64,000 bases of DNA. Origin: Candidatus Bathyarchaeota archaeon. GTDB lineage: Archaea; Thermoproteota; Bathyarchaeia; Bathyarchaeales; Bathycorpusculaceae. How positions within the stretch are numbered: the first letter of the stretch is position 1; every line of letters begins with the position of its first letter. Below the pieces are notes generated by a model that saw nothing but the letters and a program-made list of their open reading frames with translations, did no database searches and had not been told where the DNA came from. The stretch covers positions 704,001 to 768,000 of the forward strand of contig CAWFFH010000003.1 in assembly GCA_963815095.1 (NCBI GenBank), given 5' to 3'. Both the position numbers and the translations under genes were made by a program. This document shows positions 19,511-30,430 of this stretch, one piece after another.

Positions 19511-20599
19511 TTAAAACGTTTCAGTAACTTCTTTGGCGGGACAAATCACTGTACCATCATGCATGTGAACGCTATCTTTAACCTTGGCAAGATCGCCCAC
19601 CACGCAGCCTTTTGGAAGCTTGACACATTTGCCTATTTTTGCGCCTTCGCCAACAATGGCTCCGTTGAGGATGGCGCCGTCTGCTATGTGTGCTTCTGCA
19701 AAGATGACTGAATTGGAGATTTGTACGTTTGAACCAACTTGGACGTTTTTACCTAGGACAGCATAGGGTCCGATAACAGATTTTTTTCCGACCACGACTC
19801 CCGTATCCAATGCAACTGGGCCTTTCACGAAGGGTTCTGGGTTCTCTTGTTTGCCTTTCTTAGCGAGAGAGTCAAGAACTATCTTATTTGCCTCCAAGTA
19901 TTCTTGGGGTTTGCCTATATCTATCCATAAGCCGTTGATGCGGTGGCCGCATAGTTTGCCTTCCTCAGCTAGTTTTGGAAACACTTCTCGTTCGATAGAA
20001 ACTGCTCTTCCTTCAGGAATGTAGTCAAACACTTTTGGACTGAGAACGTAGGCACCAGCGTTTATGAAGTTGCTTGGGGCTTGACCTTTAGGAGGTTTCT
20101 CAACGAATCGTTTGATAGCGTTACCTTGAAGGTCGGCTACACCAAAACTGCATGGGTCGTTGACTTTGCTGAGGGCAATCGTGGCTAATGCGCCTGATTT
20201 TTTGTGTGCCTCAAGCAGTTCGCGGTAGTTAATGTCAGCGTATATGTCACCGTTTAACATAATGAAAGGCTCATTGTGCCCAATCAGCTTCTCTGCTTTC
20301 TTTAAAGGACCACCTGTTCCTAGCGGAGTTTTGGGTGGGTCAACGGAAAACCGAACTTTTAGGCCGCATTTTAATGGCTTATGTTGAAGGATGTAGAATT
20401 TGGTAAGTGGGTTAACTGCAAGAATCACTTCGTCGACTCCTCCATCGGCTAATCGTTCAAAAATCCACTGCAACAGTGGCTTGTTAACTATTGGGAAGAG
20501 GGTCTTGGGTCTGGAGCAACTTAGGGGTCGTAGTCTTGTGGCGAAGCCGCCTGCTAAAATCAATGCTTTCAGAGGAGTCACCTTGGGTTGCTTTAACAA
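19511..20599 (-). CDS. NDP-sugar pyrophosphorylase (mannose-1-phosphate guanylyltransferase-like) with hexapeptide C-terminus
   Basis: LAGGFATRLRPL..PK, LGTGG, NGD, FVEKP, WIDIG; left-handed beta-helix repeats. Confidence 0.9.
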   Translation of the reverse strand: MLKQPKVTPLKALILAGGFATRLRPLSCSRPKTLFPIVNKPLLQWIFERLADGGVDEVILAVNPLTKFYILQHKPLKCGLKVRFSVDPPKTPLGTGGPLKKAEKLIGHNEPFIMLNGDIYADINYRELLEAHKKSGALATIALSKVNDPCSFGVADLQGNAIKRFVEKPPKGQAPSNFINAGAYVLSPKVFDYIPEGRAVSIEREVFPKLAEEGKLCGHRINGLWIDIGKPQEYLEANKIVLDSLAKKGKQENPEPFVKGPVALDTGVVVGKKSVIGPYAVLGKNVQVGSNVQISNSVIFAEAHIADGAILNGAIVGEGAKIGKCVKLPKGCVVGDLAKVKDSVHMHDGTVICPAKEVTETF

Positions 20600-20757
20600 T
20601 ATTGGCTCTTTTTTATTTAAACAATTATGAATCGAGGTTTTGAAATTTTAGCTTGTTTAGAGTCTAATAGTGTCTTTATACAGAAATCTAAGAGCGAGTA
20701 GGTCGCTTTGGCAATTTCAGCCAGGCATTAAACATGGCATGGTGAAAAGCTGTTGAT

Positions 20758-22341
20758 TTACTCCCATTCTATGGTTGCAGGCGGTTTATGGGTGATGTCA
20801 TATACGACGTGGGTGACCTCGGGAATTTCGTTAGTTATTCTTGTTGAAATCTTTTCCAGCACTGGGTAAGGGATTTGGGCAAAGTTGGCAGTCATGGCTT
20901 CCCGACTCTCCATTGCGCGGACAGCGACCACGTATCCGTAAGCCCGCGAATCACCCTTAACGCCAGTTGCCTTTGTATCCGTCAAAACCGCAAAATACTG
21001 CCATAACTGCTCGGCTACGCAGCTTTTCTCGATTTCTTGGCGCACTATAGCGTCGGCTTTCTTGGTTATTTCAACTTTTTCCGCTGTTATGTCGCCGATG
21101 ATTCGGACTGCTAAGCCAGGTCCCGGAAACGGCTGCCTATTCACGAGTTCGCGGGGCAGGTTAAGCATGATGGCGACTTTGCGTACTTCATCCTTGTAGA
21201 GGTCGCGTAGGGGCTCCACGATTTTCTTGAAATCCATCTTAGCGGGTAATCCCGCTACGTTGTGGTGGGATTTGATGACGTCGCTGTTCTTGCGGAAACC
21301 TGACTCGATACGGTCGGGGTAAATGGTTCCTTGTAGTAGGTATTGGGCGCCGGATTTTCTGGCTTCTTCCTCAAAGACGCGGATGAATTCTTCGCCGATG
21401 ACTTTGCGCTTCTTTTCGGGTTCGCTTATGCCTCGAAGTTTCTCCATGAAACGCTGCCGCGCATCCACCATTACGAAGTTGATGTTAAAGTCTTTGAAGG
21501 TGTCGCAGATTTGTTCAGGTTCTCCCTGACGCATAAGCCCGTGATCCACAAAAACTGCTGTGAGTTTGTTTCCTAACGCTTCCGCTGCCAACGCTGTGGC
21601 GACGCTGCTGTCTATCCCTCCGCTTAACCCGATGATTGCTGTGGAATCTCCGACATCGATCTTGATTTCTCTAATCATCGTTTCGATGAGGTCTTCCATT
21701 TTCCAGTTAGCTTCGCAGTGACAAACTTCGAACACAAAGTTTCGGAGCATAATAGCGCCGTTTTTTGTATGAAGCACCTCGGGGTGCCACTGTAACCCAT
21801 AGATTTCCCCAAAACTGGGGTTTTCTTTATTTCTATATGCAGCTACTGGGCAATTATCTGTAGCGGCTAAAACCTCGAAACCCTTCGGGACATCTAATAC
21901 CGTGTCTCCGTGACTCATCCAAACTGTCTCTTGAGAACTCAAACCCTTCAGAACTCCGACAGGCTTTTTGATGTTGACTTGAGCAATTCCATATTCTTTG
22001 CAAGCGCCACATGAAACTTTTTCTGCTCCAGCTTTTCCTCCGCCTTCAATCATGTAGACTATGAGTTGGTGTCCATAACAAAGCCCCAGGATAGGTAGTT
22101 TTAGGTTCAATATGTTTGGGGTTATGAGGGGCGAATCTTTTTGATAGACGCTTGATGGTCCGCCTGAGAGGATTAAGCCTTTGATATTGAATTTTTCGCT
22201 TAGCTTTTTGATTTGTTCTGGAGTAATGTCGTACGGCACGATTTCTGAGTAGACGCCGTGTTCTCTGATTCTTCTGCCGATCAGGTGGCAGTATTGTCCG
22301 CCGAAGTCAAGAACAAGTATCGTGTCGTATTTTGCTTCCAT
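20758..22341 (-). CDS. guaA: GMP synthase (fused glutaminase and synthetase domains)
   Basis: LDFGGQY, GLCYG, WHPEV, SGGIDS, KSHHNV, PFPGPGL, KPPATIEWE. Confidence 0.97.
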   Translation of the reverse strand: MEAKYDTILVLDFGGQYCHLIGRRIREHGVYSEIVPYDITPEQIKKLSEKFNIKGLILSGGPSSVYQKDSPLITPNILNLKLPILGLCYGHQLIVYMIEGGGKAGAEKVSCGACKEYGIAQVNIKKPVGVLKGLSSQETVWMSHGDTVLDVPKGFEVLAATDNCPVAAYRNKENPSFGEIYGLQWHPEVLHTKNGAIMLRNFVFEVCHCEANWKMEDLIETMIREIKIDVGDSTAIIGLSGGIDSSVATALAAEALGNKLTAVFVDHGLMRQGEPEQICDTFKDFNINFVMVDARQRFMEKLRGISEPEKKRKVIGEEFIRVFEEEARKSGAQYLLQGTIYPDRIESGFRKNSDVIKSHHNVAGLPAKMDFKKIVEPLRDLYKDEVRKVAIMLNLPRELVNRQPFPGPGLAVRIIGDITAEKVEITKKADAIVRQEIEKSCVAEQLWQYFAVLTDTKATGVKGDSRAYGYVVAVRAMESREAMTANFAQIPYPVLEKISTRITNEIPEVTHVVYDITHKPPATIEWE

Positions 22342-22539
22342 TGTAGGTGGCTCAGAACTATTGGGGTTTAGGCTCTAATTTAACATTACTATCTATTTTC
22401 TGCCAAAAGGGAAGCGTTAAAAGCATTCTGTCCGATTCGTTTGGCATTCATTGCATTGGTGGAATAACTAAACTTTTATTAGTTTAATCATGTGATAATC
22501 AAATGGCTGTTCCAAAAATAAGGGTTAAATTGAAAGAAC

Positions 22540-23001
22540 GTGCAAGGTGCATTTGTTATGGAATTAAATGAAACTGACGTAAAAATTCTCAAAGCTCTCT
22601 TAGAGGATGCAAGATTCTCTAGTAGGCAAATTGCCAAGAACGTTGGCGTTTCAGTCGGCACCGTTTTGTCAAGAATAAAAAAGATGGAAGATGACGGCCT
22701 AATCAAAGGGTATTCAGTTATTTTGGACCATGAAAGACTCGGTTACCAGCTAACTGTAGTCACCGAAATTACTGTTTCCAAAGGTAGACTTGTAGAAACA
22801 GAAAATGAAATAGCCAAAATCCCAAACGTCTGCGGAGTCTACGACGTTACAGGATTAACCGACGCCATTATCGTAGCTAAATTCAAAAACCGCGAAGACC
22901 TCGGAGCCTTCACCAAAAAACTGCTTTCACTGCCCTACATAGAACGCACGAACACTCACGTAGTCCTAACCACAGTGAAAGAAAACTTCCGCCTACTATG
23001 A
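22540..23001 (+). CDS. Lrp/AsnC transcriptional regulator
   Basis: D.KIL..L..DAR.S...IA..VGVS..TV..RI HTH; YDVTG..D; start probably ATG 22558. Confidence 0.93.
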   Translation: MQGAFVMELNETDVKILKALLEDARFSSRQIAKNVGVSVGTVLSRIKKMEDDGLIKGYSVILDHERLGYQLTVVTEITVSKGRLVETENEIAKIPNVCGVYDVTGLTDAIIVAKFKNREDLGAFTKKLLSLPYIERTNTHVVLTTVKENFRLL

Positions 23002-23040
23002 GCGTTTGTGTACGCACATGGGTTAGCTCCCGAGTGTCAG

Positions 23041-23076
23041 TGTTTATACAGTTTGTTTATACACTTTGTAGATACA
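23041..23076. repeat. Three direct repeats with 13-bp period (TGTTTATACA x2, TGTAGATACA)
   Basis: TGTTTATACA-GTT-TGTTTATACA-CTT-TGTAGATACA, read directly. Confidence 0.8.
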
Positions 23077-23100
23077 GCCCCAAGCTAAATCCTGCACCTA

Positions 23101-23466
23101 TTAGTTTTTTAGAAGTTTGTCTATGAACCTTTTAATTTCTTCAACTATGCTATCGATATTGTCAGCGATTTTTGTCCCTTCCTCAGTTAAACCATAGACC
23201 CGTCCGCTTCCACTCCTAACGCATTCTATCCAACCATTTCTCTCTAAAGAAGCAAGACTAGCGTAGACCGTACTGGGGCTGGCTACGTCTCCGACCTTTT
23301 TCATAAAAAGTTTGTTGATACCGTAACCTGTCATGTCTTGATTTTTAAGGGCAATTAAAATGGCTAAATCTGAGAATGCTATAAAAATTCTTTTTTGAAC
23401 GGTTGATTTTTCCGTCTTCAAATTAATGCCCTTACCATTTAAAAATCGCTCGAACACAACTGCCAC
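23101..23466 (-). CDS. PadR-family transcriptional regulator
   Basis: IL..L...MTGYGI, SPSTVY..L..LE..GWI, RVYGLTEEG. Confidence 0.88.
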   Translation of the reverse strand: MAVVFERFLNGKGINLKTEKSTVQKRIFIAFSDLAILIALKNQDMTGYGINKLFMKKVGDVASPSTVYASLASLERNGWIECVRSGSGRVYGLTEEGTKIADNIDSIVEEIKRFIDKLLKN

Positions 23467-23544
23467 AAAACTAGAGATTAGCGCTTATTAAGAACTTTGT
23501 TTTCAGTTGCATAATTTTAATTTGTTAAACACAACTACTCTAAA

Positions 23545-23568
23545 CTTAGTATTAGTCTTAGTATTAGG
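23545..23568. promoter_or_regulatory. Tandem 12-bp repeat in the divergent promoter region of padR and the surface-protein gene
   Basis: CTTAGTATTAGT-CTTAGTATTAGG. Confidence 0.4.
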
Positions 23569-23664
23569 AATAGTAACCCGTAATAGGATTTTATAAACAA
23601 ACCAGCACTAAACAGACTAATTGGAAAGCGATTACTTTCCTAAAATTTTTGGAGAAAAAGAAAA

Positions 23665-26462
23665 ATGACTAAAAAAACTCAATTATTAACGACAATTCTT
23701 TTGGCAATACTATTTATTTCTAGCACTTACGGAATACTAACACCTAGTACGCACGCAGCAGAAATAACAATACAACAAAAAGGAATAGCAATCACTAGTA
23801 ATGTAATTGGTCTTGACTTATCAAAGTATACGGTGACTACAAAGGAAATTAAGGCAGGTCAACAAGCCTCATACCTTGATATCATTCCTGAAGAGATAGT
23901 GGATTACTATCTAAACTCTAATAACAGCAATCTAAAGATATCTTATACTTTTGCAAACGGTAATTTGCAGTTAATGCAAGTACTCGAAAATGAAGGCACC
24001 CCAAATCTAGCAAAAACAGCGAATACTCTCAACACTGTTGAAATGGCAAAAAACTTCCTTAGTAACTATCAAGTATACACTTCAAACTCACTTTTCGGAG
24101 AACTAAAATCCACACTTGATAACATAGATTCCGGCAAAAACCTTACTAAAACTTCAGGAAACCTTGTACTCGAAACTAAAGTTTACTCTGGTTATGCCAA
24201 TTTCAAATGGTACTATACTGCAAACGGTGCTATATCGCCTTATTCCAAAGCAATAGCTCTTGGCTTCAAGGATGGTTTCTTAACTGCTTTCGTTAACAAC
24301 TGGCAGCTTTATAGCATCGGTAGCACAGGTGTAAACATTTCAGAAGACAAAGCGAAAACTATTGCATTGGAAACTGCGAAATTTCACTTTTGGGGAAAGC
24401 TAGAGCTAGATGCTTTAGACGCAAAGCATTTCAATGGATCAAACATAAAATGGGCGTCTTTGATTTTTGACGGTTCGCTAAATGCAAACAATACTCGTAG
24501 CGATGATCCATTAATGCTTTATCCTGTTTGCGTGTTGGCGTTGCGTTGAACAAATGGTATGATCAGATGTATGGTGTACAAGTTGATATCTGGGCAGATA
24601 CTGGAGAAATACGGAATATCCAGGAAGCATGGTCAACATTGCCTCCGCCAGAAGGAACACCTGTTGCAAATATGAGTGCAATTGGAGGACTGACCAGCCA
24701 TATTTCAAATGAAAAACTTGCAAACGTATCGAGCAATCAAACATTTGCAGTTACTGAGGGAAGACCGAACATCCTGACGGGTATTACACTTTTCACAGTT
24801 GCCCTCTCTGTAGGAGGAATCGTTCTGTTTGTAGTGGTTAGACAGAAGAAAGTGAGTACGTATGCTCTGAAATCGCGTTCACCTAAAATTGGCGGATTGC
24901 TGATCATAGTCTTGCTGTTAACAATTGCCTTGGCTCCTCTCGCAACTGTGGCTGCTACAACACGAGCTGGAGTAGTATGGGGCTCTGAAAGTACTGGTGC
25001 CGGATACTATCCCGATAGCTGGCGAAAATATTACGTTGAGGTCGATTGGCAACGAGAGGCTGGCAGCGTTATCGCATCTTACTTTAACGATGGTGGTTAT
25101 ACTGGTTACGATAATCAGGGAGATAACGGATATACATCGGAAAAACAGGATATACTGGATCAACTTAGCACTTTGCAGCAAAGTCACGATTATGTCGCAG
25201 CGGTTGTTTTTGACCATGGCAATTGGTTGGCTCCAGGTTATCCAACTCTTTTCACGCCTCCTGGTGAGCATCATTGGCTATTCGAAGATAACATAGGAAC
25301 CTATCATGATGGTGATTGGCATGCCGAAAATGCTGTTTATGACATGGAAATATATAGTTGTACTCAAGGCACCAAGATCAACTTTGCTTTCATTAACACA
25401 TGTGAATCAGCAAATATTGATGATCAGGCTTACATTGATTGGGATTGGCCACCGTACCCTGCAAGAGCACGAGGAATGCCGTTGGCTTGGACACATCACT
25501 TTGTAACTTCAGAGCCAGACTCAAATCCGCCTTCTGGTTACATAAGTCGCGATGGCTATAATAGCCCAGACACGGGTTCACAAGTTTACATAGGCTTCCC
25601 ATGGGGCTCAGCATCTCTAATGCAAGATATACCATATCAGTCTAGTACGCTTCCTTACTTTTACTGGGTTAACTGGTTCTTCTACAGGGCGTTAAACTAC
25701 GAAGACAATTCAGTAAAACAAGCCTTAGACAGCGCTTCATGGAATTTCTACTATAGCGACTTCGGAGACAGCCCACTTCACGATGGTTTCACAGCATATT
25801 GGTGGCCTAACATGACTGGAGAAGGCAGTACAATGGCAGTCTACGGCAACGCAAACATACACTTATATCAATACGAAACAGATTACGTCTCAAGACCCAC
25901 TCTTACCGGCCCTGCAACAGGCGACCCAACTGTGCAAAGTGACGATTTCAGTGCCACAGCAATAGATCCATCAGGTCATCAAATTAGATACATTTTCGAC
26001 TGGGGCGATTCCACAACTACTGAAACCGGGAATTATAATAGCGGCGACACTGCGTCAGCTTCTCACAATTGGGAAAACAGCGGAATATACAATGTCAAAG
26101 TTCAGGCAATATGTGAAAACGAAGTACATAGCAGTTGGTCGGCCACGCATGAAATAAACATTGGGAACGTAGTTATCTATCATTACCTAACGGTAGAAGC
26201 GTACAGTTCGACCATAGGCACAGGGTACCCACTCTATCCTGCTGTTTATGTCGACAATAATTATGTCGGAACTGCGCCAGTAACTGTTCCCGTACAACAA
26301 GGTTGGCATGACATTGAGGTCGATTATTGGGTGTGGAATCCGTATCTTAGCTGTGATACCTATTATGACCACCTCTCCTCCGATGATGGTCATAATGCCT
26401 ATGGTGGTTCATGGATACCGATTTACTATGACATGTATAGTCAAGCTTGGTATAACCCATAG
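23665..26462 (+). pseudogene. Large modular surface protein split by a 1-bp frameshift near 24530 (ORFs 23665-24549 and 24528-26462)
   Basis: TAT CCT GTT TG^ CGT GTT GGC: one added base gives ...LYPVWRVGVAL...DIWADTGEI. Signal peptide, two internal TMs, PKD-like (YIFDWGD) and PEGA-like (VYVDNNYVGTAP) domains. Confidence 0.7.
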
Positions 26463-26587
26463 CAAAGAGGACAATGATAAATCCGCTTGCCTTACTTCCC
26501 TTTTTTCTTTTTTAAATAGCTTGGAATCAAAGTAAAACGTGTTGATGGAGATTACTGTCCAAAATCATGCTTGTATTGGCGGGAGGC

Positions 26588-26632
26588 TTTAGTCAAGAAA
26601 TTTTGACTAAAAAATTAGCGTTAGTCAAGAAA
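26588..26632. promoter_or_regulatory. Palindromic operator-like site with a second half-site upstream of the Kelch gene
   Basis: TTTAGTCAA-GAAATT-TTGACTAAA (26588-26611); TTAGTCAAGAAA repeated at 26621-26632. Confidence 0.55.
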
Positions 26633-26683
26633 CCTGAACAAAAATCCTTTTATTGCTGAGCATTTCAACGGGGTTGGATAACG

Positions 26684-28084
26684 ATGAGTAAAACTTTGGT
26701 CTTAATGATTATTCTGGTTTTTCTAATAGCATCATGCATAATTGTGGCTAATCCTGTTTCTGGAACTGTTATAACTGAGAATTCTTGGGTGCCGAAAGCA
26801 CCGATGCATGAGCCACGAAGCAGTTTAGGTGTAGCAGTGGTAAATAATAAAATATACGCTATCGGAGGCTCGTCAGAAAGAGGTATTCAACCTAATCCCA
26901 TTATAAGCGGAGGCATTACTAGTGATACCAATGAAGAGTATGATCCAGCAACAGATAAGTGGATTATAAAGGCATCAATGCCAACTCCACGAAATAGCTT
27001 TGCTATAGCCTCTTTTCAAAATAAGATTTATTGCATAGGTGGAAAAACTTCCGATGGTCACTATACTGGAGTAAACGAAGTCTATGACCCCTCAACTGAT
27101 ATTTGGGAAAACAAAACATCAATGCCTATAGCAAGGGGTGGGTTGCAAGCAAACGTTGTGAACGGAAAGGTCTATCTTATTGGCGGATACCCTAACGAAA
27201 CACTTAATGAGGTTTATGATCCAGCAACAGATACTTGGTCTACAAAGAAATCTATGCCAACTGGAGTGTATGGTGGTGCTTCCGCAGTTATTGACAACAA
27301 GATATACGTAATAGCGGGTTCACTAAACCAAATATATGATACTGAATCTGATAAGTGGACTACAGGAGCATCTTCTCCCTCGTATGTATATGGCTGGTCT
27401 GGGGGAGCTACCGGCGCCGCCACAACTGGCGCTTATGCTCCTAAACGAATCTACGTTATGAGTGCCGCATCAACTTCTAACCAACTTTATGATCCCAAGA
27501 CAGATACGTGGACGTTAGGGGCTGAGACATCAATAAAACGCGCTCATACAGGTATAGCAATCGTAAATGATACGTTGTATGTCATCGGTGGTGTCACTTA
27601 CTATTTCACTTATCCCGATGATGCAAATGGTGTAATAGCTACTGAGTATGCGACAAACGATCAATACATACCTGTTGGGTACGGTATGCCTTATCCATCT
27701 TACGTGCCGTTGACTGAAACAACGCCGCCTAAAATATCACTCCTATCTCCATTAAACCTAACGTATAACGAATCAATTGTTTCTTTAGTTTTCGTCGAGG
27801 ACAAGATGGTTAATTGGACTGGTTACAGCGTTGATGGAAAAAATAATGTTACATTCACCGGGAACATTACTTTGACAGGATTATCGAAAGGCTTACATAA
27901 CATAACTGTTTATGCGAAAGACACTTTTGGAAACACTGAAGCTTCAGAAGCTGTTTTTAACATTTACTATGACCCGTTTCCAACTGCACCTGTTGTTGCT
28001 GTTTCAGGGGTAACAGTTGTCGTTGTTCTGGCCTTAATTATAAATTATCGAAAGCGTAACCAAAGCCACAATTTTAGGGCATAG
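26684..28084 (+). CDS. Secreted Kelch-repeat beta-propeller protein with Ig-like domain and C-terminal TM
   Basis: Repeated KIY.IGG...NE.YDP.TD.W...MP; signal peptide; C-terminal hydrophobic anchor. Confidence 0.9.
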   Translation: MSKTLVLMIILVFLIASCIIVANPVSGTVITENSWVPKAPMHEPRSSLGVAVVNNKIYAIGGSSERGIQPNPIISGGITSDTNEEYDPATDKWIIKASMPTPRNSFAIASFQNKIYCIGGKTSDGHYTGVNEVYDPSTDIWENKTSMPIARGGLQANVVNGKVYLIGGYPNETLNEVYDPATDTWSTKKSMPTGVYGGASAVIDNKIYVIAGSLNQIYDTESDKWTTGASSPSYVYGWSGGATGAATTGAYAPKRIYVMSAASTSNQLYDPKTDTWTLGAETSIKRAHTGIAIVNDTLYVIGGVTYYFTYPDDANGVIATEYATNDQYIPVGYGMPYPSYVPLTETTPPKISLLSPLNLTYNESIVSLVFVEDKMVNWTGYSVDGKNNVTFTGNITLTGLSKGLHNITVYAKDTFGNTEASEAVFNIYYDPFPTAPVVAVSGVTVVVVLALIINYRKRNQSHNFRA

Positions 28085-29156
28085 TTTTTTCTGTATGATG
28101 ATTTTCCATTTTGTATTTTTGTTCTGGCTGGGCGATGGTGATTTTTGTTCCTGCAGCTACGGGCGCTGTTACCCAGACGTTTCCGCCGATGACTACGTTG
28201 TCGCCAATTACTGTTTCGGCTCCAAGCAATGTTGCGCCTGAATAGATGACGACGTTGTTTCCAACTGTTGGGTGGCGTTTTCTGCCCTTGATAATGTTGC
28301 CTTTTTCATCTTTTGGAAAACTCAGTGCCCCAAGCGTTACTCCTTGGTAGAGTTTGACGTTATCGCCGATTTCTGCGGTTTCTCCGATGACGACGCCTGT
28401 GCCGTGGTCGATGAAGAAGTTTTTGCCGATTTTGGCTCCTGGATGAATATCTATACCTGTTAGGGAATGCATGTGTTCGCTCATTATGCGGGGAATTAAG
28501 GGTACGCCGCTTAAGTAGAGTTCGTGGGCTATTCGGTAAGTGGTGATTGCCAAAACGCAGGGGTAGCTTAAGATTACTTCTTCTGTGCTTACTGCCGCTG
28601 GGTCTCCGCTGTAGGCAGCTTGGATGTCGCCGCTTAGCATTGCACGGATTTCTGGCAATTTCTCAAGTAGTTCCCTAACCACCACATGAGCTCGTTTTTG
28701 GCATATGTCTTGTGGGCATTCGCTGATTTTTCTGCAAATATATTTGAGGCTTCTTTCAACTTCATCCGTGAGCCGAGTGTAAACTGAAGTTAAGGTGGTT
28801 CCCAAATGATATTTTATGTTAGCTTTGGTGATTTCTGAATCGCCTAAATAGCCTGGGAAAAGAACCATGAATAAATCTTCTAAAACTTCGGTAACTACTA
28901 CTTTCGATGGCAGGTCCCGTCCTTCCAGATGATCCATGCCGCCGAACTTTACGTAACTATTCATTATTTCGTCTACCAGTTTTGGCACGCCAGTTTCAAC
29001 CCAGTCCCGTTCCACTTTGTCGTTGTTGCGCATGAGGGTGGCTAGCATTCTGTCTGGGTTCCAGCAGTCAAGTTCCCTGTTTTTTTCTTTGCATTCTTTG
29101 CAGTCTTTCGGTAGAGGTTGGTTTGGGTTTGTAGACATTTCTTTTCCCTTCCTCAA
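28074..29156 (-). CDS. cysE: Serine O-acetyltransferase (EpsC-type)
   Basis: [39 protein letters not shown]. Confidence 0.93.
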   Translation of the reverse strand: MRKGKEMSTNPNQPLPKDCKECKEKNRELDCWNPDRMLATLMRNNDKVERDWVETGVPKLVDEIMNSYVKFGGMDHLEGRDLPSKVVVTEVLEDLFMVLFPGYLGDSEITKANIKYHLGTTLTSVYTRLTDEVERSLKYICRKISECPQDICQKRAHVVVRELLEKLPEIRAMLSGDIQAAYSGDPAAVSTEEVILSYPCVLAITTYRIAHELYLSGVPLIPRIMSEHMHSLTGIDIHPGAKIGKNFFIDHGTGVVIGETAEIGDNVKLYQGVTLGALSFPKDEKGNIIKGRKRHPTVGNNVVIYSGATLLGAETVIGDNVVIGGNVWVTAPVAAGTKITIAQPEQKYKMENHHTEKTMP

Positions 29157-29201
29157 TATGTGGAAAGGGGGAATATAAGAAAAGCGTCTTTTAGACGCAG
29201 T

Positions 29202-30158
29202 TTAGATGGTGGGGGCAGCGGGTGCTGGCTCTTGGAATAGCACAGTGCTTAGGTAGCGTTCGCCCGTATCTGGCAGAATAACAACAATGAGTTTTCCTTT
29301 GTTTTCGGCTCGTTTCGCAATATCTATAGCCGCATAGGCTGCCGCTCCTGAAGAAATCCCTACGAGTAAACCTTCTCTTTGTGCTAGTTGCCTTGCTATT
29401 TGCAGCGCCTGGTCGTCGGTAACTTTGAAGATTTCATCTACCAAGTCGAGTTTTAGGACGTCTGGTTTGAATCCTGCGCCTATGCCTTGGATTTTGTGGG
29501 GGCCTTTCTGTCCGCCGCTTAAGACTGGTGACCCTGCTGGCTCCACTGCTATTGCTTTGAAGCTTGGTTTTTGTGGTTTGATGTATTGGGCTATGCCTGT
29601 TACAGTTCCGCCTGTGCCTACACCTGCGACTACGATGTCTACTTTGCCGTCGGTGTCTTCCCAGATTTCTGGTCCCGTGGTTTCCCTGTGGACTTTGGGG
29701 TTGGCTAGGTTTTTGAATTGTTGGGGCATGAAGCTGTTGGGGGTGTTTGCGACGAGTTCTTCAGCTTTTTTGATGGCTCCGCCCATGCCGTCTGGTCCGG
29801 GTGTGAGGACAAGCTGTGCGCCGTATGCTTTTAGGAGGTTGCGGCGTTCTATGCTCATGGTTTCAGGCATGGTGAGTATGAGTTTGTAGCCTTTGACGGC
29901 TGCGACCATGGCTAAGCCGATTCCCGTGTTGCCACTAGTAGGCTCAATTAAGGTGGCGCCTGGTTTGATTATGCCCTGTTTCTCTGCTTCCGCTACCATG
30001 CTTTTGCAGATGCGGTCTTTGACGCTGCCGCCGGGGTTTCTAGCTTCCAATTTGGCCACTACGGTGGCGTTGGCGCCTTGGGTTAATTTGTTTAATTGTA
30101 CTAAGGGTGTTTTTCCTATTGTTTCTAGAACGTCTTTGTAGATTTTCATTTTTAACAC
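29202..30158 (-). CDS. cysK: Cysteine synthase A (O-acetylserine sulfhydrylase)
   Basis: [40 protein letters not shown]. Confidence 0.97.
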   Translation of the reverse strand: MLKMKIYKDVLETIGKTPLVQLNKLTQGANATVVAKLEARNPGGSVKDRICKSMVAEAEKQGIIKPGATLIEPTSGNTGIGLAMVAAVKGYKLILTMPETMSIERRNLLKAYGAQLVLTPGPDGMGGAIKKAEELVANTPNSFMPQQFKNLANPKVHRETTGPEIWEDTDGKVDIVVAGVGTGGTVTGIAQYIKPQKPSFKAIAVEPAGSPVLSGGQKGPHKIQGIGAGFKPDVLKLDLVDEIFKVTDDQALQIARQLAQREGLLVGISSGAAAYAAIDIAKRAENKGKLIVVILPDTGERYLSTVLFQEPAPAAPTI

Positions 30159-30322
30159 CTAAATTCTATAACGGTGTTATAGTTAGCGTGTTATAAACCT
30201 TACCACAGCCTAACAAACACAACACCATTAAAATCAATAATACAACTCAACCTAAAACAATTGCGCTCAAAGTAAGGTAAAGCCTTTAAATGTGCCCTGT
30301 TCCTATATTTCCGCAACACAGC

Positions 30323-30410
30323 GCGGAGGTCGCCCAGCATGGCCAAAGGCGTAGGACTGAGGCTCCTATCCCGCAGGGGTTCGTGGGTTCAAATCCCACC
30401 CTCCGCACCA
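30323..30410 (+). tRNA. tRNA-Leu(GAG), intronless, CCA encoded
   Basis: Acceptor GCGGAGG/CCTCCGC + ACCA; anticodon arm TAGGA-CTGAGGC-TCCTA; long variable arm; GTTCAAATC T-loop. Confidence 0.95.
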
Positions 30411-30430
30411 AACAAGAACCTGCCGAATTA

